From an uncultured Treponema sp. (lineage in GTDB: Bacteria; Spirochaetota; Spirochaetia; Treponematales; Treponemataceae), in contig CALFJF010000060.1 in the NCBI GenBank assembly GCA_937877535.1, forward strand, positions 250-64,249: a DNA stretch of 64,000 bases, given 5' to 3'. The notes below the pieces were generated by a model. That model made no database searches. It was not told the origin of the DNA and worked only from the letters and a program-made list of their open reading frames with translations. The stretch's first letter is position 1. The number at the start of each line of letters is the position of its first letter. Both the position numbers and the translations under genes were made by a program. Of this stretch, positions 48,665 to 55,777 are shown piece by piece.

Positions 48665-48674
48665 ACTCAATTTT

Positions 48675-49067
48675 CTATTTTTTTTCGAGCGGATTTTCCC
48701 AACCGCCGTTATTTTCCATCCATTTTCTAATTCCCGTTGCAACGTCGGCATCGATGTCATGCTCCACGCGGCAAGCGTTTTCCTCGGCTTGGTCTTCAGG
48801 AACCCCCGTAATCCTCATAAGAAAAGAAGTCAAAAGGCAGTGCCGACCGTATATATCCTCGGCTTTTTCTTGTCCTTTTGGGGTCAGTTTTATCATATTT
48901 CCCATCGCAAATTCGATGTAGCCGTCCTTTTCGAGCAAATTAACAGCGCGGCTCACGCTTGGACGAGAAACGGCGAGTTTATGCGCCACGTCCACGGAAC
49001 GCACAAAACCGTTTTCAAGTTGAAGCCGTAAAATCGCTTCAAGATAATCCTCTCCAGATTCGTACAT
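48675..49067 (-). CDS. DtxR/MntR-family metal-dependent transcriptional regulator (TroR-like)
   Basis: MYESGEDYLEAILRL ... VRSVDVAHKLAVSRPSVSRAVNLLEKDGYI wHTH region and metal-site region CRVEHDID. I use the ATG at 49067 rather than the tracked start at 49097. Confidence 0.85.
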   Translation of the reverse strand: MYESGEDYLEAILRLQLENGFVRSVDVAHKLAVSRPSVSRAVNLLEKDGYIEFAMGNMIKLTPKGQEKAEDIYGRHCLLTSFLMRITGVPEDQAEENACRVEHDIDADVATGIRKWMENNGGWENPLEKK

Positions 49068-49209
49068 TTTTTTCTCCTTACAAATTCTTTTAGTCAATTA
49101 TACCACACAATAAAACGATTTTGGACGCAATTTTTCATAAAACCAATTTGGAGACTGTTCGATTTTGCGAATCAAAGAACATTTTTTAGAAAAACGATAC
49201 AATTAAACC

Positions 49210-49941
49210 ATGAATCTTTTTGCACTTTTCGCGCTTTGTTTTGTTCCGCCCATTGCGTTTCTTGCACTTTTTTCGCTTTGTTTTGAAAAATCCGTTCCGT
49301 TCAAATACGCGCTTTCTTGCTTTTTTGGATTATTGACTCTTGCGCCGTCATCGTTTTTGCAATATTTCGCGCTAAAAATCCCGATTTTTCAAAACAGTAC
49401 CTTTTTTTCTGTATTTTTTACGGCAATCGTTTTTAACGGACTCATCGAAGAGGTTTTCAAATTGTCGTTTATCGCGCTCGTTCCAAAGAAAAATCAAAAT
49501 CTTTGGACTTTTTTTTGCTGTTCGATTCTTTTGGGAGCGGCGGCGGGAAGCCTTGAAACTGCGATATACGCTTCATCGAGTTTACGAAAAATCGCGCTCG
49601 TTTCTGCGCAAACCGACGCGCTCCGCTTGATTTTTTTGCGAATGTGTTCCGCGCAAACGATTCACATTTTATCCGCCGCGCTTTTAGGAATTTTTGTTTG
49701 GGGCTGTGCTGGAAAAATTCGGCACGCCATTCTTTTTTGTTACGCGGTTTTTCTCCATGGATTGTTCAATTTTTTCATCGCTTTTGACGGGGGCATGAAA
49801 TTTTTTTCGTTGGCAGTCATTTTTTTCGCGCTTGCAGAATGTCGCGTTTGGTACAAAATTGTCAAAAATGAAGAATTCGAGGACAAAAAAACAGCAGATT
49901 TTTTTACAAAATCGGTTGACACAACCGCGCGAAAAAGATAA
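49210..49941 (+). CDS. PrsW-like intramembrane metalloprotease family protein
   Basis: 243 aa and polytopic, with EExxK (IEEVFKL) and HxxxN (HGLFNF) motifs inside TM segments. Confidence 0.55.
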   Translation: MNLFALFALCFVPPIAFLALFSLCFEKSVPFKYALSCFFGLLTLAPSSFLQYFALKIPIFQNSTFFSVFFTAIVFNGLIEEVFKLSFIALVPKKNQNLWTFFCCSILLGAAAGSLETAIYASSSLRKIALVSAQTDALRLIFLRMCSAQTIHILSAALLGIFVWGCAGKIRHAILFCYAVFLHGLFNFFIAFDGGMKFFSLAVIFFALAECRVWYKIVKNEEFEDKKTADFFTKSVDTTARKR

Positions 49942-49957
49942 AGTTTGAACATCACGA

Positions 49958-50030
49958 CGCTGGGTAGAGCAGTTGGCAGCTCGTCGGGCTCATAACCCGG
50001 AGGCCGGAGGTTCGAGTCCTTCCCCAGCTA
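49958..50030 (+). tRNA. initiator tRNA-Met (anticodon CAT)
   Basis: The cloverleaf, read by hand, is CGCTGGG-TA-GAGC-AGTTGGCA-GCTC-G-TCGGG-CTCATAA-CCCGG-AGGCC-GGAGG-TTCGAGT-CCTTC-CCCAGCT-A. It has three G:C pairs next to the anticodon loop and a C1xU72 mismatch. It is very similar to E. coli tRNA-fMet. No CCA is encoded. Confidence 0.9.
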
Positions 50031-50063
50031 AAAAAACCGATTCGCTTTGAATCGGTTTTTTTA
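50031..50063 (+). terminator. terminator after tRNA-fMet
   Basis: AACCGATTC (50035-50043) pairs with GAATCGGTT (50049-50057), followed by a T-run. Confidence 0.65.
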
Positions 50064-50126
50064 TTTCTTTTCAAATTTTCCTCCTCGCTCTTCCACGCGC
50101 TCGCTTTGTTGTGCTAAAATAAACGC

Positions 50127-50798
50127 ATGGAATCTTTTCCTTCGTTCGATTTTTCGTATCTTTTTTTTGACCTTGACGGCACGCTCACCGAGTCGGCACC
50201 GGGAATTATTGCGTCGGCGCGGTACGCGCTTTTGAAATTCGGAATCGACGAAAAAGACGACAACGCTCTGAGGCGATTTATCGGTCCTCCGCTTATGGAT
50301 TCGTTTCAGGATTTTTACGGATTTTCGACTTCTGATGCAAAAAAAGCGATGGCATTTTATCGCGAGCGTTATGAAGAAACGGGCATTTTTGAGTGCTCTG
50401 TTTTTGACGGGATTTTGTCCGCGCTCAAAAAACTCAAAACGGCAGGGAAACGACTTTTTGTGGCAACGAGCAAACCTGAAATCTACGCAAAAAAAATCCT
50501 TGAACGCTTTGAATTATCGAACTTTTTTGAAGAGTGCATTGGAAGCGATTTAAGCGAAAACAACAGCGCAAAATCTCTCATAATCGCACGCGCGCTTGAA
50601 AAAGCGGGATTGTGCGCGGGAGAAAAAAGCGCGGCGATGTTCGGGGACAGAAAACACGACATTCTTGGGGCAAAATCGAACCATATTTTTTCGTTTGGTT
50701 GCCTTTGGGGATACGGCTCGCGCGAAGAATTTTTGGAATCTGGTGCGGATTTTATTCTTGAAAAGCCAAACGATTTGCCACTCGCGCTTTTGAATTAA
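50127..50798 (+). CDS. HAD-superfamily hydrolase (phosphoglycolate-phosphatase-like)
   Basis: FFDLDGTLTES motif I, ATSK motif II and a GDRKHD motif III region. Confidence 0.8.
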   Translation: MESFPSFDFSYLFFDLDGTLTESAPGIIASARYALLKFGIDEKDDNALRRFIGPPLMDSFQDFYGFSTSDAKKAMAFYRERYEETGIFECSVFDGILSALKKLKTAGKRLFVATSKPEIYAKKILERFELSNFFEECIGSDLSENNSAKSLIIARALEKAGLCAGEKSAAMFGDRKHDILGAKSNHIFSFGCLWGYGSREEFLESGADFILEKPNDLPLALLN

Positions 50799-50810
50799 GG
50801 GGATTTTATT

Positions 50811-51587
50811 ATGGAAGAAAATCAAGGACAAAAGCGAATCGCGCTTTTGGTTGACGCGGAAAATACGCGACACGACAAATTGTCGCTCGTTTTGGAAGAA
50901 ATTTCTGCTTACGGAAACATAATCACAAAGCGAGCGTATGGCGACTGGACTTCGAGCGTTCTCAAAAAATGGCCAGAAACGCTCAATCGGCTTGCAATTC
51001 AACCGATTCAGCAATTTTCGTACACAAAAGGCAAAAACTCAAGCGACAGTGCGCTCATAATCGACGCGATGGATTTGCTTTACACGCGAAAATTCGACAC
51101 GTTCGTTATCGTTTCAAGCGATTCTGATTTTACGCGCCTTGTAACGCGCCTTCGGGACGACGAAATTTTTGTCATTGGCGTGGGGGAGGAAAAAACGCCC
51201 GAATCTCTCGTAAAGGCGTGCAACGATTTTATTTACCTTGAGAGTCTCGATTCCGAATCGGAAGATGATGACGGCGCAACAAAGGAAATTGACAATCAAG
51301 CGACGAGCAGAAAAGAGCGCGAAAAGCGATTTAACGCGGACAAGAAAAAAATCGTTGCAAACTTGAGGCGCGCGGCAGAAAAACTCGGCGACGACGAAGG
51401 CTGGACTGTCGTTTCTCGCGCGGGCGACCTTTTGAAGCGGCAAGACAGCGCGTTTTCGCCACGAAATTACGGTTTTTCGTCGCTCGTAAAACTCATCGAA
51501 GCACTCAACAAAACGTTCGAGTTGGCTCGTTCGCCAGGAAAAGGAAAATCGCTTTTAATCGAGTATCGCGTAATTCAAAAAGGATAA
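50811..51587 (+). CDS. NYN (LabA-like) nuclease-domain protein with a C-terminal OST-HTH/LOTUS domain
   Basis: IALLVDAENT ... KRAYGDW ... NSSDSALIIDAM ... FVIVSSDSDFTRLVTRLR forms the NYN core. After an acidic linker, the C-terminal 70 aa (EGWTVVSRAGDLLKRQDSAFSPRNYGFSSLVKLIEAL) looks LOTUS-like. Confidence 0.7.
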   Translation: MEENQGQKRIALLVDAENTRHDKLSLVLEEISAYGNIITKRAYGDWTSSVLKKWPETLNRLAIQPIQQFSYTKGKNSSDSALIIDAMDLLYTRKFDTFVIVSSDSDFTRLVTRLRDDEIFVIGVGEEKTPESLVKACNDFIYLESLDSESEDDDGATKEIDNQATSRKEREKRFNADKKKIVANLRRAAEKLGDDEGWTVVSRAGDLLKRQDSAFSPRNYGFSSLVKLIEALNKTFELARSPGKGKSLLIEYRVIQKG

Positions 51588-51615
51588 TTTTTAAGATTTT
51601 TTTAAGGAGAGTAAA

Positions 51616-53157
51616 ATGAAAAAAATACTGTTTGCCACGCTGTTTGCGCTCAGTCTTTTTGGCTGTACAAAAGACGGGGGCGAAGAACTCACAAACATCA
51701 CGCTTTGGTTTGGTCCATCTTCATCGGATTCGCCGCCACCGCCTTCGGATTGGGGACTATACAAAAAAGTCCGCGACGAACTTGGAATCAATCTCAAACT
51801 TGTTCCGCTTCCCGCGCAAGTTGCTGACCAAAATGCAAAAATCGAGCAAGCGGTAAAATCGCATCAAATGCCAGACATTTTTATGGTAAATAGCGAAGAA
51901 CTTTTGTCGCTCGTAAAGCGAAACGAGGTTTCTCGCGTGGATAAAATGTATAGTCTTATGCCAGAGCGCACTCGGCAAATGTACGACGCTGACGCTCGTC
52001 GAAACGCCTCCGTGGAAGGAATTGTCTACGGGCTTTCGCAGTCGGGTTCAATCGCAAAAAACGAGGGCGTTTTTATCCGAAAAGATTGGCTCGACAAATT
52101 GAATCTTGAAATTCCAAAGACGACAGAGGAATTTTTGGACGTAATGCGACACTTTACAAACGACGACCCTGACGGAAACGGAAAAAATGACACGTTCGGT
52201 TTTGGCGCGTTTTTGGAACTGTCGCTTTTGGAAGAGGGGCTTGGGCGCAGGTTCAATCCATTTTTTGGAGCGTTTGGAGTTGCTGGCACGTTTGATTTGA
52301 CGCAAAAAAATGCAGGATTAAACATTCACAAAAGCGAATATTACGACGCTCTCGAATTCGTTTCTCGCTTGGTTTCCGAAAAAGTCATCGACCCGAACTG
52401 GGTTGCCTATGGAAAAGACGATTTTAGGAACGCTTGGAAGAGTGGACGATTTGGCATTATGCGAGAACAGAACGCGGCTTACGGACTTGAGCGCGGATAC
52501 AAGCCATTTGACGAGAAATTTCCTGAAGGCGAATGGATTGTGATTGACCCGCCAATAGGTCCTTCTGGAAAATGCTCTGTTGGAAACTATACACAAGGCT
52601 ACCGAACTTACGCAGTTTCTCGTCGTGCGGCGGAACTCGGAAAATTGCCCGCAATCGCGCGGCTTTTGGAATGGATGAGCACGAGCGGATATTATTACGT
52701 CGCTTACGGCGAAGAAGGCGTGAACTATATACTCGACGAGGACGGAAATCCAACGGCAAAGGGGCTTCCTGACCCAGAACTCGCGTATTCAAAAGAAAAG
52801 GCAGCACCGTTCATTCAGTTGAGAAATCTTGTTTTCTATAATAGCGACAAGGAACTTGTTTCGCGCTATCCGACGTGGACGACAAAAAATGGCAAAAAAA
52901 TCAGCGCGCTCACGACGCTTCGCGATATGCAAAGTCGTCCCTGGACTCCAACGATTGGAGCCGAGCGGCTGCCCGCGCCTTCTGACGAACTCAAAAAGTT
53001 TTACGAGCAAGGCGTTTTGGAGTTTGTAACAGGAAAACGCTCGCTCACGCGGGCAAACTGGGACGATTGGGTACGCGAGTTTGACAAGCGTGGCGGCACG
53101 GAATGGGAAAAACAGTGCATTGAATACGCCCGCGAAAATCAACTTCTTACCGATTAG
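51616..53157 (+). CDS. extracellular solute-binding lipoprotein (ABC-type, family 1, large form)
   Basis: MKKILFATLFALSLFGC lipobox. 513 aa with a typical sugar-type SBP body (FMVNSEELL, DPDGNGKNDTFGF). No permease or ATPase genes are adjacent. Confidence 0.75.
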   Translation: MKKILFATLFALSLFGCTKDGGEELTNITLWFGPSSSDSPPPPSDWGLYKKVRDELGINLKLVPLPAQVADQNAKIEQAVKSHQMPDIFMVNSEELLSLVKRNEVSRVDKMYSLMPERTRQMYDADARRNASVEGIVYGLSQSGSIAKNEGVFIRKDWLDKLNLEIPKTTEEFLDVMRHFTNDDPDGNGKNDTFGFGAFLELSLLEEGLGRRFNPFFGAFGVAGTFDLTQKNAGLNIHKSEYYDALEFVSRLVSEKVIDPNWVAYGKDDFRNAWKSGRFGIMREQNAAYGLERGYKPFDEKFPEGEWIVIDPPIGPSGKCSVGNYTQGYRTYAVSRRAAELGKLPAIARLLEWMSTSGYYYVAYGEEGVNYILDEDGNPTAKGLPDPELAYSKEKAAPFIQLRNLVFYNSDKELVSRYPTWTTKNGKKISALTTLRDMQSRPWTPTIGAERLPAPSDELKKFYEQGVLEFVTGKRSLTRANWDDWVREFDKRGGTEWEKQCIEYARENQLLTD

Positions 53158-53167
53158 CGTCTAAATA

Positions 53168-53244
53168 TCATGTTATTGAATGTGAGCGGAATATTTTTTG
53201 ACAATTTTTTGATTAAAGACCTATTTTGCTTACATTCAACATGA
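53168..53244. repeat. long-loop inverted repeat after the SBP gene
   Basis: TCATGTTATTGAATGTGAGC (53168-53187) pairs imperfectly with GCTTACATTCAACATGA (53228-53244). The loop is about 40 nt, and CAATTTTTTT follows. Confidence 0.4.
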
Positions 53245-53263
53245 CAATTTTTTTCGATTTTTG

Positions 53264-53422
53264 TTAATCATCGCAGTTGTGCTCGGATTTTTCTTTCCAT
53301 TCGCGCTCATTTTTCCAGATTCTTGCTTTTTCTGAAAGCATTTCCGCGTCTTCTCGTCCTTGAAAAACGCGCCATTCGTCGTAGCGAGGATTTTTTGCAG
53401 CATCGTTTGTTTCATTTTCCAT
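53264..53422 (-). CDS. possible 52-aa highly charged small protein (not in the ORF track)
   Basis: My own translation of the minus strand gives MENETNDAAKNPRYDEWRVFQGREDAEMLSEKARIWKNEREWKEKSEHNCDD. It competes with the tracked 84-aa ORF 53236-53490 in another frame. There is no clear Shine-Dalgarno sequence. Confidence 0.3.
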   Translation of the reverse strand: MENETNDAAKNPRYDEWRVFQGREDAEMLSEKARIWKNEREWKEKSEHNCDD

Positions 53423-53458
53423 ACATCAAACTGTAGCAAAAAAATGAAAAACGTGCGA

Positions 53459-53487
53459 TTGAACAAGAGTTCGATTTTTGATAGAAT
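53459..53487 (+). promoter_or_regulatory. sigma70-type promoter candidate for rpsD
   Basis: TTGAAC (53459-53464), a 17-nt spacer, then TAGAAT (53482-53487). This leaves about a 100-nt leader. Confidence 0.5.
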
Positions 53488-53595
53488 CAATGCACAATGC
53501 TTGTTAGCATCCCTCTAACAGCCGTTGAAAGCCAACGCTAAAGCCTTTGCGCGGCTGCAAGGCATCGCTTGGCGAATTTTTACAAGGAGCAAAAA

Positions 53596-54189
53596 ATGGC
53601 TACAAGAAGAAACCCGCGTTTTAAGGAATGCAGGAGACTTGGTGTCAATGTTTGTGGACACCCAAAGGCGTTAGACAGGGCGCAATCACCGGCGTTCAAA
53701 AAGACAAAGAAAACGTCGGATTACGGTCTGCATCTAATCGAAAAACAGAAGGTCAAGGCGTATTACGGAATCCTTGAAAAGCAACTTCGTCGCTACTTTG
53801 AACAGGCGGCTCGTTCAAAAGAAATGACGGGCGTTGCGCTTCTCGTTGCACTCGAAACGCGACTCGACAATCTCGTGTATCGATTGGGATTTGCGTCTTC
53901 AATTCGCATGGCAAGACAAATGGTGAGCCACAAACACATTCTCGTTGACGGAAAAAGCGTGAACATTCCGTCGTTTGCGGTAAAGGTGGGTTCAACGATT
54001 TCGCTGACCGAAAACGCAAGAAAGAGCGAGCAATTCAAAAAGACGTTCCTTTCCGATAGCAAGGCTCGTCTTGAGTATCTTGAGCGCGATGACGACAATT
54101 TCACGGGTCGCCTGACAAGATTGCCACAGCGTACCGAGATTCCCGTTGAAATCAATGACCAGTTGGTTGTTGAATACTATTCAAAATAA
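53596..54189 (+). CDS. rpsD: 30S ribosomal protein S4
   Basis: MATRRNPRFKECRRLG ... LEKQLRRYF ... RLDNLVYRLGFASSIRMARQMVSHKHILVDGK. AAGGAG lies upstream of the ATG at 53596. Confidence 0.95.
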   Translation: MATRRNPRFKECRRLGVNVCGHPKALDRAQSPAFKKTKKTSDYGLHLIEKQKVKAYYGILEKQLRRYFEQAARSKEMTGVALLVALETRLDNLVYRLGFASSIRMARQMVSHKHILVDGKSVNIPSFAVKVGSTISLTENARKSEQFKKTFLSDSKARLEYLERDDDNFTGRLTRLPQRTEIPVEINDQLVVEYYSK

Positions 54190-54203
54190 GCGGAACAATG
54201 GAC

Positions 54204-54237
54204 AAAAATCCCCTCAAAAAAGAGGGGATTTTTTTTG
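54204..54237. terminator. bidirectional terminator between rpsD (+) and an OMP-like gene (-)
   Basis: AAAATCCCCTC (54205-54215) pairs with GAGGGGATTTT (54222-54232), with A- and T-runs on either side. Confidence 0.75.
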
Positions 54238-54244
54238 TTAAAAC

Positions 54245-55240
54245 TCAAAATTGGTGCGAAAAACTGAACACAAATTGGTCAAAAAACCACTCTCGCCCGC
54301 TTTTTGTAAGCGTCGGTTCGATTTTTTCGTCATCGTGATTTTCTAAAAACGACCTTCGACTTGAAATTCTAAAGAGCGCGTCAAGTCTGTCCTTTTTTGT
54401 GAATTGAACGCGCACAAACGGCGAAATCGAGATGGCAGAAAAATCTCCGTCATAAGTGTTTGCGATTTTTCCATAATCATTAGAATCAAAATGCCCTGTC
54501 CATTCTGCCATTACGCCTGCGATTTTTAATTTGAGCGGAAGTTGATACCCTAAAAGCAAACTCTGATAATGCTGTAAACCATTCGTATAATGCTTTGTTG
54601 CTTGCCACTCCCACAGTGAATTATATGCGCCTGTAAGACGTTCGTAAAAAATCTTTGCGGTGGCAAGAAACAAAACGTGTGTCCAATCGCCTTCGATGAG
54701 TGTGCCAGAATCCATTTGAAACGTTGCTTGCGCCCATGCGTCAAAATGCCAATCGCGAAACGGTCGCATTTTTTTATAATCGATTTTTGAAAAATCGAAT
54801 TGTGCCATTCCGTTATACTTTCCCCAAATCTCCCAGCCCGTTCCCGCAGAGCCTCCCGCGCCAAGTTCCAAAAAGGGGAGTGGCGTAAAATAAACGCTTG
54901 AAAGCGCGCGGAGCGAAACGGGCGAAAGTTCAAGCCCCGCGCCAAGAATGGCGTTTGCGTCTTTTAAGAGAAAATGAGTTCCGAGCGGCGTTTTGATTTT
55001 GTACGCCGCGTTAATTGAAGTTCGCGCCACAATTCCGTCGTACGCCGAAGAAAGCGGCGAAAAATGAGAATCGCCCGATTGATACGCGCTTTTGAGATAA
55101 TAAATCGAGTCGATTTTGAGCGTGAGCGAAAGCGGATTTTCTTCCTCTTCATCGGTTTTGTTTTGAGTTTTTGGTTCTTCGGAAAAAGCGAGGAGCGAAA
55201 TCGAAAAAATCATAAAAAATGCAATTTTTTTGAAAATCAT
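54245..55240 (-). CDS. hypothetical outer-membrane beta-barrel-like protein
   Basis: MIFKKIAFFMIFSISLLAFS is a signal peptide. The body shows an alternating-hydrophobic pattern rich in Y/G/S/T, and the C-terminal residue is Phe (FSFSHQF). I use the ATG at 55240 rather than the tracked start at 55312. Confidence 0.5.
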   Translation of the reverse strand: MIFKKIAFFMIFSISLLAFSEEPKTQNKTDEEEENPLSLTLKIDSIYYLKSAYQSGDSHFSPLSSAYDGIVARTSINAAYKIKTPLGTHFLLKDANAILGAGLELSPVSLRALSSVYFTPLPFLELGAGGSAGTGWEIWGKYNGMAQFDFSKIDYKKMRPFRDWHFDAWAQATFQMDSGTLIEGDWTHVLFLATAKIFYERLTGAYNSLWEWQATKHYTNGLQHYQSLLLGYQLPLKLKIAGVMAEWTGHFDSNDYGKIANTYDGDFSAISISPFVRVQFTKKDRLDALFRISSRRSFLENHDDEKIEPTLTKSGREWFFDQFVFSFSHQF

Positions 55241-55263
55241 ACAAAAAATTCTACCGCATATTT

Positions 55264-55770
55264 TTATAAAAAACATCGAGCGCGAATCCATTTTCCGCGT
55301 TTTATTTTCCAATGCGTACAGATTCCGTCGATTTTTGTTTCAAGTTCAGCAATTTGAAAAACGGGAAACAGTATGCTTGGAAAAATCGGAAAATCGTCGA
55401 TTTTTTTTGAAAATTGAGCGATTTTTTTTCCAAGAAAAATGAATCCATTTTCTTCCCGAACGATTTTTGAATCTTCATTTTCTATTTTTCCGTGCATTTC
55501 CAACGCAAAAAAATCGTTTTTTTCAAAAATGCCACCGCTTTTTAGACTCAAAAATTGCTCGTTTTTTTGGGGCAGCCGAATTCCTTTTATGACGAGCGGA
55601 AAAATCGGCAAAAGCGAAAAATCGGCGCAAAATTTATTTTGCATATTTCGGAGTTTTTTTTGCTCGTTTCCGTGCGGAAGAAAGACATTTTCCATTGTTT
55701 TATCATACAAAAAATTCGTTTTTTTTGCCCACGCTTCTATTTCAAAAGGTTTTTTTTCATTTTCCGACAA
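55264..55770 (-). CDS. hypothetical protein
   Basis: 168-aa ORF with protein-like composition. The antisense + frame (55439-55777) translates to F/S-rich junk. I recognised no family, and the start codon is uncertain. Confidence 0.4.
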   Translation of the reverse strand: MSENEKKPFEIEAWAKKTNFLYDKTMENVFLPHGNEQKKLRNMQNKFCADFSLLPIFPLVIKGIRLPQKNEQFLSLKSGGIFEKNDFFALEMHGKIENEDSKIVREENGFIFLGKKIAQFSKKIDDFPIFPSILFPVFQIAELETKIDGICTHWKIKRGKWIRARCFL

Positions 55771-55777
55771 TATTCGT

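Noticed and set aside
49958-53157. Possible genomic island integrated at the tRNA-fMet gene (HAD, NYN-LOTUS, orphan SBP downstream)
   Set aside because: No integrase, recombinase, transposase or phage gene is present. I could not find a direct repeat of the tRNA 3' end downstream. Codon style looks like the rest of the window. It remains untested without a genome comparison.
51616-53157. Solute-binding protein as part of an ABC transport operon
   Set aside because: No permease or ATPase genes flank it, so it is annotated only as an orphan SBP. It is not treated as a finding because orphan SBPs are common in spirochaetes.
55439-55777. N-terminal 113-aa extension of the tracked 671-aa ORF 55439-57454
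   Set aside because: The extension translates to F/S/C-rich junk and is antisense to a more protein-like ORF. A canonical lipoprotein signal peptide begins at the internal ATG 55778.
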